Source of the DNA: Pocillopora damicornis
Taxonomy: Eukaryota
Length of the DNA: 61,873 nucleotides
NCBI RefSeq assembly: GCF_003704095.1
Contig: NW_020847647.1
Location: 1 to 61,873 of the forward strand
Direction: 5' to 3'
Shown here: piece by piece, positions 51,601 through 61,873 of the stretch
How positions within the stretch are numbered: position 1 is the stretch's first letter
How the letters are laid out: every line of letters starts with the position of its first letter
The notes under the pieces: model-generated
Databases searched by the model: none
The model's input: the letters and a program-made list of their open reading frames with translations, nothing else
Told to the model about the DNA's origin: nothing
Position numbers and translations under genes: made by a program

Positions 51601-54600
51601 TTCTGCCCCTAAAAGTTTGTGTATGGCATCAAAGCCTTATGATAAGACTTACTCGACGGTATGCGCTTCTTTTACAGGACCGTCCAACAACACCTCGAAG
51701 TCTTACAGCAGAGTAAGTCACAGTTCTGTTGTTTATCGTTATGTAGAACTCTATTACCTGTGGGCTGAATAAGTGATACCGGTAAATTTTCAGTCTTAAA
51801 ACGTACCCAATGACAATTGATTTTCACAGACGTAAGCGAAGATCTCGTGTAGACCGTTGGCGAAAAAACAAAGTTGGAACCTCAAGCTCGAAGGGCACGA
51901 GCAGTAGCAGCAGCAGCAGCAGTAGTGATTCAGAGGAAAAGAAGAAAGACGAGGAAGCCGAAGAAAAAAAGAGGAAACAGAAGGAAAAAGAGAAAAGAAG
52001 GAAAGCAAAGGTATTCCTAAACTTGCAGATTTAAGTCAAGCCATTAGATCTATTTCCTTAGGTGTTATTATCACATTTTAACTTTTGTTCCTCTTTTAAA
52101 TAATACTGATTTCTTGGATCACCGTTTCGTCAAGACCAAAAACTTTGCCTATCGTAATTGCTAGTCTTCTCATCAATCATCGTTTCATCACTAGGTGCCG
52201 CCTCTCGCGATTGGCCAAGCTGCTCGAGAGGCAGCACGAGAAACAGCTTGGACAATCAGAGAAACTCCTGGTGTTCGCCTCGTGTCTGTCAGGCCGCACA
52301 ATGAGGTAAACTTGCGCCCGAACTAAACATACTTTTTTACAGGTTTCAGTGGTCATTTTAATCAGTGATCATTCTTTGTTCTAATATTTCCTTCAACAGA
52401 AGTTACGTTGGATGGTTCTAGGACACAAATGGCTATTGTGTTCCGTTGTTTGAATAAGGACACCTCTTTCAGAGGTGTCTATTTTGAAAAACGAACAAGC
52501 CATTTTTGTAGCAATAACGAAAAAACAAACAAACTAAAAACAAGAATGAGAAACCAGTTTTTTCAAAGCAAAAAGCGCTAACTCAGGTTAAAAGATAAAC
52601 ATATATAGCATCATCATTATCATTTATTTGCCTTTTTTAACAATAACAAAAAAAATTAAATTTACAGCATTATAATCGTAAGGCGAGGAGACGTCAAGAA
52701 ACCACCGGATTTATAAAAGAGGCCACTCAACTTGGAGCAATTTATTTAACGACTGCGAATACTGAGTTATCTTTTCCATTTTTCTTGTTCAAAAATTGGT
52801 AGCTAGTCTTTAATTGTCCGTCATTTTGTCTCCTTCTCGCCTCCATCATTTTTATTGAAAAACTATTTTATTCATCCATTCAAATGCAACAGGGATGGCA
52901 ACCACAAGCACCTGAGTCCACGCCCACGCCGGTGTATGAAGTGCCTCAGACACATCAGGTAGGTGGTGAAGGACAATCCTCCTTGACGATGAAACCGGAC
53001 ATTAAATTTGAATCATTAATTAAACTGATATAGTTTGTACAATTTTATTAGGATTACCATTATAATTGCTACGTTTTTAAATTGAGTTTGATCAGAGAAG
53101 TGGCTTGAAAACCAAAGGAAAATATATATTTCCAAAGCTCAAGTCATGATTCGTTACTTTTTAACTGTTCATTTTCGCCAGGTTTCGCCCCGCCGTCAGC
53201 AAAGAGATCGAGTCCATTATCTGCTGGAAACAGGGTACCCAGTCTGGCCCCTGATGACAACTCCTCTTGTACAACCCGAATATCCAGAGGAAGAGGTTCA
53301 GTACGAGGATATGGAAGGTGGGTTGGGAATAAGAATTAAACAATGAGAAGAGCCTGTAACCACATACTAAACAGTAATTTTCAGAAAATTGGTTGTCATT
53401 CTTTCGCTTGTTCACTCCCGCGATTTAAAAGAAATCTAGAATACTGGACAGAATAGAAAAGCATCAAACCTGAAGGAAGTTGAAAGTAAAAACACGTCAC
53501 TGTGGCACCATTTATGTTGGTTTAAAGGGTAATCTGTAGCTCTAAATGTAATATCTATTTTATCCGAGCTTGTAACTCAAAAACACTCAAGTTTGTTACC
53601 AAAATACTCAATGGAGTATTTTGTTTGTATGATCCCCCATAAGGCTCTCAATCATTCTTATGATACGTTCCCCCTGTCATTGGCAGTTAATCAGTGATCA
53701 GTTTTCTATATCCCCTTCTTTATATTCTGTTGGCAACGACTGATCCCCCCCTCTCCGTCCCCAAAATCAATCATAACAAGAGAAGTGAAGGCTTTTGTTT
53801 GTCTGGATTAGGTTTGGATCCATATATTCCTCAGTATGATCAAGAAATACATGTTAATGGAGACACCATCCCAAGCGTTCGCCCACCAGAACCACGGGAA
53901 GCCTTTGGTGACTCAAACTTTTACGACGACGAAGAACACATTTACACAGAACCAAATTTAACTCCTGCGTCACTTCCCCATACACGCCTTGTGAACCCTC
54001 GTCAAAATCAAACACGTCCACTGATTCCTACACAGTATGCACATGGATATGTGGCAAGGCCGGCAGTGTCTAGAGGCCGTCCAACGTCCGCTTCACAACA
54101 GCCCGGAGCTTCCAGGTCTGTTGGATTGGGAAGGCCAACTTCCGCCAGGACAGACCCTGCAATGCCTCGTTATGCACCTTCACCACTGCGCTCGTCGCCG
54201 CCCAATCGCAATGTGGTTTCGTTACCGGTACGTTTCAGCCCCCTTTCTATAGTGTTCAAGTTAAATATTGGATGATTATTCAGACAGAACTCAGGATTTA
54301 CCGTTTTTCTTATTCGATGTGATAATTATTTTCCACGTTTTGCAGGGTTCCAGATACTTGCCAGGTAATCGTCCTACAGTCGCCAACGCAGCTCAACCCA
54401 GCATTGGTACGTCTCCGCGTTACATGGTTGATCCTGAACGGAGACAGGAACCTCCCAGCTCCTTCGACAGTGCGCGTATGATCCTAGCTAGAGCTAAATC
54501 GAACCTCGACCGTTTCGAAGAAGACAGTAGAATCAACGACTCACGTGAAACCGGTCCACCACCTACTTCAGAGCTTGTACATTCCACACCGCAAAAGAAG

Positions 54601-54774
54601 ATACAGCCTCACGCTCAACCAGTCAGAGGGCAAAGTCGATTTCCATCGCAGCAGGAAGTTTATCCTATTCGTAACTCCCGAATGGAGGTGTCTGCAAGGG
54701 AACGTGCTGAGCTGGAGGCGCAACTGCTGGTGTCTCGCGCTTTAGCTCGGGCCAGAGCAAACGTAAGAACTTAG
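36651..54774 (+). CDS. Giant type I membrane mucin with two SEA-like domains and a long cytoplasmic tail; KIAA1549/UPF0606-like
   Basis: Exons 36651-36912 (signal), 39120-40892 (contains gap), 41813-43380, 43942-44118, 44592-47903, 48033-48191, 48629-48832 (TM IIPAIAVSSAVLLFLLCACLWV), about 49208-49418 (junction near gap unresolved), 49632-49850, 50527-50622, 51140-51283, 51678-51712, 51830-52010, 52195-52305, 52893-52958, 53182-53317, 53812-54227 and 54346-54774. The architecture, the polybasic site inside the SEA-like domain and the tail motif KANVERWRNKM recall KIAA1549-family proteins (recognised from memory, not searched). Confidence 0.8.
38440..38590. mobile_element. Short palindromic MITE-like repeat (intronic)
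   Basis: Inverted ends ctatcggtt / aaccgatag and internal tgatgttggg / ccaacatccc. Confidence 0.4.
41165..41293. repeat. Direct tandem duplication of about 65 bp (intronic)
   Basis: aattcttatagattgaaactgttttt(t)cggcccttcaccaatacgatgaattcgttaa(g/a)acgacgt occurs twice back to back. Confidence 0.95.
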
Positions 54775-56178
54775 CATTCATTCACTGCAGTTACTATCAA
54801 TCTGGCCAACTAGGAAGGCACTCGCATTTTCTCATCTTACAGGCCTATGCTCACATTGCAGCTCCAACAAGGAGTTGCTTTGGTGTATCGTTGAATTGCT
54901 TTTTAAAGAATCAGACAGTTGTGAGAGTGAATTGAGAAGTTCACAGCGCAAACAAACCTATTTAAAAATTTTCCGTATAGCTGTTTCAATTGCCATAGCC
55001 ATGACATGGCGACGGAAAAACGGAAAAATCAAACTCCCTTCTAGTGTACGGTCTACTTCAGGTTTAGATATTTTAAACTGCAGCATATAATCTCTTGTCC
55101 AAGTCTGCTGTGTTCTATGAAACGCTTGCAAATCAACTAGTAGGATGGAAAAATTGTAGTCGACCATGTAAAGTTTTATCAGATATATTTTGTAAGGTAT
55201 TTGCTTCATGGATAATAGACCTCATTAGTTTTAATGCCCTTCTAGATATCCATGATGATACTCGAGGTTCGTTTTTTTTTCTTCTCAAAATTATTCGTAT
55301 TTAAAGGAAGGGTAAAACCTGTTGAGTATTTCATGTGATCTCAAAATGCAATAAGCGAACAGCACTGATAGGGGTTATTTTGATTTTGCTACATTTGAAT
55401 TGGTTGGGTACCCTGTTATTTGTTTGTGTTATGTTTCTCATTATGGGAATGTTTAGTACTGCTGACATTTAAATGCAAGTCCATGTTGATGTTAGTGTAA
55501 GCTTATTGTTCAAGATAAAAAATGTAAGTGATATAGTAAATATTACAGCTGTAAATTTCTTAATATGCCATCCAGTCTTCTTGTGAATAAGATGAAGGAA
55601 ATGAATATTTGCAGACGAAAAGCCTGTTTATATATAAAAACTCCTATGTCTAAAGATATTTTATTGTTCATAACATTGATTAAAATAAGTTGTATAATAT
55701 GTATGATTAACTTTAAGAAAACAAAGTGGATACAAATAAACTTTTATAATTTGAATGGTGAATTTGGTGACCATATTTTCATCTTCCGAAGGAGAGCAGG
55801 AAACTCACGACCCATAGAGATGAAGACTGGTTGTTCAGAAGTTTACTAATTAATTCTAACCGGATGTTTATCATCGCATTCTATCTTTCCTAATGTCCTA
55901 ACCATAGTATTCTTTGTAATCCATAAGTTTTAATTGCCTCTTTTAATCAGTCGTCACATGCTGTTGAGAAAGAAGTTATCATTACGCCCCATTGCGTATT
56001 ATCATAATCTAGCCATTATAACAGTTGCCGGACTAACCCTGATTAATCAGTGGAGAAAGTAATCAATCTTCTTAATTTTTTAACATTTTAATGTCTGATG
56101 TAATCAGTTAATATCATTCTAAGTTTCAAGCACTAATAAAAAAAAGCCTAACTTGCTAAATTAGAGTAAAACTCAAAG

Positions 56179-57477
56179 ATGAAAAGCGAAACGTCTAAAG
56201 CTGCTTTTAAGGTGAGATGACATACAAGCTTAAGATTTGTGATGTCCAATTGGTTATTTATTATTTTTACGAAATTCGTGAAAATGAGCAACCACAATAG
56301 AAAGGTAATTTACTTTTGGAATGGGTTCAATTCAGTTTTTTTGTAAATAAAATAATATTGTCCTTACTCTGTTCTTTTCCGTTCACAAAGTAAAGGCTGT
56401 TCGTTATCCTTTTGGTACTATTATCTCTGATTTTAATTATTATTTATTTACAGAAAATGACGACTGCAAAACAACAAGGAAGCACCTTGTAAGTAACTCT
56501 GATTTGATTCCATTTTAGTCGGCTGTTTTATATGTAGCTCACTGGTTGTGTTTTCGAGAAGACGCAGCATTTTTGTGACGCGACCGTCCGAGTAAAAAAA
56601 CTCTATTAATATCTCTGATGATTTTTATTGCCAACGTAAACGTTTTTGGATTCTCTTACTGAAAAATATATATCTTAACAGACGTTTTTTGTCTGAGTAT
56701 TTTTACGAGTTGCGATACTAAACACCAAAACGTGTAATAAATTCTCTATTGTCCAACTGCTTTTTTTTCTGCTAAGTCTTTCTGCTCGTTCTTCATAAGG
56801 CGGGAAAAGCCAAGCGGATAGAAAAGCGTAGCGCACGCAGCCGACTGGCTAAACAAGTGTTTTTTTACAGTACAAATAACCAACTGTCGAAATAACCGTA
56901 CAATATCGCAGGATAGTTTGTATTCTAGTATTTACATTCTACTTTGTGCAGTTCGATAATAGATACGAGATTGACCATTTATTGAATTGTACATCCGGTT
57001 CGTCTATGTACGCGTGACTTACTCCACACTTTTATTCTTGTTTACTGCTTACTTCAGAGGGTTCCCCCAACATATATCAGACTTTTCAGTAAGTTAGTTA
57101 ACGATAATTCTCTCACGAATGAAACTGTCCCCTCTACGTTGTGTTCGCCCTGCTCTCCTCCTTTACGTCTTGCGCATGCGTCAGCTGGCTTAAAAGGAAA
57201 TCTTTTGAGATGTTCTTTCATTGTTATTTCTTGCAGAAGTATGCTTGATCTTGTCAAAAAACGTATCACCCATCATGCAGTCAAACCGAAATACAAGAAA
57301 AAGACCAACAAAGATAGCAGTAGCAGCAGTAGCAGCAGTTCAAGTAGTTCAGTAGAGTCTAAAAAGAAAGACAGCAAATCTAAAGATAAAATGAAAAAGA
57401 AGCCATTCGGCAAACAAGCCATTGTGCGGCCTCTTCCGTCTACGCCTCCTGGTGCTCAAACAAAGATTTGTCTATAG
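56179..57477 (+). CDS. Small basic Lys/Ser-rich protein of unknown function (3 exons, about 102 aa)
   Basis: Exons 56179-56211 (MKSETSKAAFK|gtgag), 56454-56488 (ttacag|KMTTAKQQGST..|gtaagt) and 57237-57477 (ttgcag|..SMLDLVKKR..poly-Ser..KICL*). Splice sites are strong and phases consistent. Confidence 0.55.
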
Positions 57478-58200
57478 TTACAGAATATCCACCTATGATA
57501 GATAAGATAAAGAATATAATGCTAAGTTTAGAGAAAAATGGATATTATGAGGCAAAAATATAATTATTATAGACGAGCTATTTGTTTATGCATTACGTCG
57601 TTCATCTGTTGGCTTCTAGCTTTGTGCCTCTAGTTTGAAAAATCGATCATGGATAAAAGTTCTATCTTCCATCTCCTGCACCCTTAAAGGAAAGCTAAAA
57701 GGGTGTTAACCTGTGTTTTGTTATTGTTGTTGTTTTTTTCTCAATGTCCGTGCTCGTTCTGAAAACAACTTTTACAGCGGCTTCCTCTGTTAAGTTACCC
57801 TCTTCCCCTACAGGAAAGAGTTGTAGCAAATGCGGTCTTTGGCAGAGAGGTAAATTGTGGAGTATAGACTATTAAATATTTACCCTTGACTGCACGATAC
57901 CTTAAGTGTTTCCTTTTCCTTTTCAGAATCCATTAGGTACTCCATACATAGGCGTTTAAACTCTCTATTTGTCAACTCATGATCGTGGATACAATTGGGC
58001 TAACACATACATACTTTATTTTGTAACATAAGAAAAAACTACAAGTGCTTTTTGTGAAAACCTTTATTTTTACTGACGAGACTGTGTAACACAACCACAA
58101 AAATATCTTAGCAGTGAATAATTACTGCAAGAAGACGTGTCATCAAATGAGAGTCTATATCTATTAAGAGTTTCAACCATGGCCAAACGAAAATGAAAAT

Positions 58201-60596
58201 TTAATCTTCAGGCATTTTCTGCCCCATATTTTTCCATTGCATCGGAGTGAACACGCTTTGACCTTTGATCTTTGACGCAAACCAATCTCCAAACACCCAG
58301 CCCCTCCACACTTGGGCGGCACCCCCTGATCGTCCGCAGCACAGCACCATGAATACACTCTCTAGAGTGAGGAACGGATAATAGACATTCTGAGTAATTT
58401 CTAAATGTTCGACCTTCAACCTAGCTAGAAGGAAAAACCAGGCCGGTTTGTGTTTTTATGAATTTTTTTCATTATTGTTCAAACTATCATCTGTGCCTTA
58501 GACAATGAATATGGCTCGATCAATTGTAAAACTGTAAACAGCGTATTTGCATGATGACAGAGAATGGTAGTAATCTATTGACCCAGTAAATCTTTAAGTT
58601 TTTACACCTCGCTTAAGTACAATCCAAATTTTTTATGACCATTACTTTGTAATCCATTTAAAAAAGGTCAACATCTAATTGCCAAATTTTTCATCCCCCC
58701 GCAGAACGATTACGTCACATTGATGCCGAATACTTACTGTTAACGTTGTAAGGTTTCATCGCTTTCCCCTCATGTTTGAGCTTTAGGTTGTCAGCAATGT
58801 ACTTTCCTTGTGTCTCAGCTCCATACGCCAGCTTGATCTCTGGAACATCGTTACAGTCCCCGATCGCGTACACATCCGGAACATCTTTCACTTGGAGAAA
58901 GTCATCGACATTTAGACGACCAAGTCGATTCATTTTATCTCCTGTAATCAAAGGCAAAGTATTTTGGCCTTATTCACTTATTTATTGCGTTTAATCCCCA
59001 GTGTGTGTATCCATTTACAAGAGCTTCATCTAGTCATGTGGTGTTTTTTTCCAGTTAAATGCAGTGGAGTACAGTAACTGGCGTTTTTACAACCTGAGCA
59101 CAAATCATCATAGAAACATCTAGAGTCCTGTTAAGTCGCCGAAACGTACGTCAGAGTCTGTCACCAACAACTGTCCTCGGATAATCAGACTACACGATCG
59201 AATGAATCACGTATACTGTTCTGTTATATTGATCACGACCGGTTAACCTCGTGGTCTTCCACTACATGTACATGAGTTCCTTCTTAAGTCAATTGCGGAC
59301 GTTATCAGTTCACCAATATTCGCCAATAAAATAAGACTGACCTAGACTTTTCCTGTAAGCTTCGGTGTTCACTTTTAGACCAGTGCAAGGAATGACCAGG
59401 TCTACTTTCATTTGCCTCCCTTTATCGGTGACTAGCATGACGTTTTGATATCCCTTTTCTTTTACTTCGTCCATATTCATCACTCGCTCCCCTACATGGC
59501 AAAAGATAAATCATGTTTGCTAGAACCAAGAAGAAGTATCCAACTCATTAATATTAAGCAGACGAGTTGACAGGTAAGCTGTCATTAAGCTAGCCAGTCA
59601 GCCACCAACCAGCTTTATAGACAGACAGACGAACAGACCTTACAGATAGATTAACTGACTGACAGGTTGTTAGACAGGCAGGCAGGCAGACAGAAGAGCG
59701 GACAGATAGACAGACTGGCAAACAGAAAGACATTAGACAGAGGCTGAGAGACAGAACGGCATAGACAGACAAGGGTAGACACACACTGCCTAAGTTCCCT
59801 GTCCCCTACATTCTTGCAACGTTTTTGTGAGTGTTGTTATTTTCATTTTTTATTCTTTGTAAGATCGAGTAGGAAAAGACTGAGAGAGTTAACATAAACA
59901 AACTGTATAGCATAAATGTAGCAGCGACATACCAAGAAACATGGTGACCCCTAAACTTTCAAGCTTTGCCTTGATCGTGGACTGAAAGGTCTCGTTAACT
60001 TCATCATTGACTAGATTTTCCCTGGGATGTATGAGATACACATCGGCCTTGTCTTTGTAATCCTCCATGATGTCTCCAGCTATTTCCACTCCAACAGCTC
60101 CCCCACCTACAACCCCGATCTTCATGGCGTCTTTTACCTGAATAGCAGCAAAGAATATACGAGGATTGAAGCTTAGAAGGTAAGGACTGACTGTATTGTG
60201 CATCTTGATTTAACTGTGAATGTTCAAAAATTGCAATCCACACTAATCTTGTTCATCCTTATATGTTTGACTCCCTTTTCAAACAAGCAGTAAATAGCAA
60301 TAAGGCCTAAATCGGACATTCCGCATCGTCTGAGCTTCATTCTCTCGTGGTAACACTTACTAGCTTGGTATACTTCTCGTAACGCTGAATGGCTTTGTCC
60401 TTGTTTGTATCCAAAGCAATTTTCGCAGGAAATGGGCCACCAGTGCCAGTTGCAAGTACGAGGTCATCATAAGCAATTTTCTCTCCAGTTTCCAGCATTA
60501 TCGTCTTCATGGATAGATCAATATCAACGACTTTCCCTTGCTTGAAGCTTTTGCCAAATGTTGGTCCGTAGGGAATGAAACACTTTTTGGCAAACC
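58201..60596 (-). CDS. AIFM2: Ferroptosis suppressor protein 1 / apoptosis-inducing factor 2 (partial; first coding exon missing, probably in gap 60616-60715 or beyond)
   Basis: Exons 60596-60361 (GFAKKCFIPYGPTF..KQGKVVDID..YDDLVLATGTGGPFPAK), 60137-59933 (VVGGGAVGVEIAGDI..VYLIH), 59491-59342 (DLVIPCTGLKVNT), 58941-58738 (VYAIGDC) and 58361-58201 (GRSGGAAQ..KGQSVF..W). These motifs closely match FSP1/AIFM2. Confidence 0.92.
59590..59780. repeat. Degenerate (GACA/GGCA)n microsatellite (AIFM2 intron)
   Basis: agacagacagac and ggcaggcaggca runs. Confidence 0.85.
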
Positions 60597-61873
60597 CTGT
60601 GTTGAAGCAATGTTTNNNNNNNNNNNNNNNNNNNNNNNNNNNNNNNNNNNNNNNNNNNNNNNNNNNNNNNNNNNNNNNNNNNNNNNNNNNNNNNNNNNNN
60701 NNNNNNNNNNNNNNNGATTTTATCAGCGCCCATGTAACACAACTTGAATATTCATGTATTTTTGATAAAGCTCCGATCGGCGTGTTGAGCTTTTATTCTT
60801 GTCGGCTTTTGCTTTTATCTGCATAGATCGTGCGCTTTCGTTAGCTTCTCTACTGTAAGAAAATGTTTTCAGTTCGTCTAAGAAATGCAGCTCCTTTCTT
60901 AAGCGCTGGTATTGCGGCTGGATCGGCAGTTTTGCTTGGATATCACGCTTGTTATGGCACAGGTAATGATACGAACTATGTTTTCGCTTTCACCGCTTAT
61001 GTTTGTTTTGCGAGTATGAATGTTTTTTGCAGTAAACATAGTTAAACAGCTTAGTAAGACATAAATTGAGCGTTTTTGATCGAAAACAAACCAAAATAGA
61101 CGCACTGTAGCAAGCTTAATTGACTGTAATTTGCATGTGCTTAAATAATCAAATCGTTCACGCGTTTTCTTTACCAGACAATTGTGCACAAGCAAAAGCA
61201 TTTTATTAGCATGTCTGCTTTAGCTCATGCATGAAATTTCAAATTGTACGTTAAAAATAAAATTTTAATTTCGTTCCTTCAATCGTAGTATATGTATTTT
61301 TACCTAATCGTGTGTGCCTTAATAAAGAAAGCGTAGCGTGACTCTGTTGACACTTAGCGCCGGAGTAAGGAACACCTTGTTCTGACAGTAGTCTATGTCA
61401 CGCAAACGGGCCGACTTCTTTCAGTCGTATATAACTTAAGTTTGTCATATAACTAACTCTTCTACATGACTTCATACGTTTTATGTCTTTCCACTATTCG
61501 ACGAACTGCCATTACCTAAATCTTTGATTAACTTTGTCTTTCATTTAACTGAACACGTGCTTCGATTATACTGAAGTGCAAATGGCAAAGTCGAACTGCT
61601 TTCCAATATGAGCAACAACGAATTCTGTGTTTTCTGAACCACTGTGTTTCGCTAAGAGCGATTTCCTTAACAAGCGCACGACTGTATCCCTCAGTTTGGA
61701 ATTGTATGGTGTTGTTTACAATTTTATAATATCAAATACTCAATTTTAATTACCATATTTCTTTACCTTTACCTGATAGATTGATTTTCTCAGTAGTGTC
61801 AATGATATTTTTTCCTTCTAATTCAAAAGCTGTCCATGCTCGAGATGAAAACGTTAAAAGTCTAAAGGACACC

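Overview
Intron-rich animal genomic DNA with six N-gaps. The repeat families and gene content suggest a stony coral or other anthozoan (inference). I built all gene models by hand from GT-AG splice sites and exon phase. Left half (1-26.7 kb) is a compact candidate signalling module. It holds two convergent paralogues encoding a ubiquitin/PB1-like domain fused to a divergent FGF/IL-1-type beta-trefoil; an FGFR-type receptor tyrosine kinase with only one Ig domain (about 715 aa); a secreted single-Ig protein with no TM whose exon layout mirrors the receptor ectodomain (about 182 aa); and a leaderless FGF-like beta-trefoil (about 150 aa) transcribed head-to-head with that secreted protein. Together these look like a physically linked ligand-receptor-decoy system. 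Right half: a double-anchored mucin-SEA membrane protein (about 1350 aa), a very large KIAA1549/UPF0606-like mucin-SEA type I membrane protein, a small Lys/Ser-rich orphan gene, and a partial AIFM2/FSP1. Non-genic features are two kb-scale inverted duplications centred on assembly gaps, Penelope-like retroelement remnants with hammerhead ribozyme motifs (one intact), MITE-like elements and microsatellites. No database searches were run, so family calls rest on recognised motifs and gene structure.
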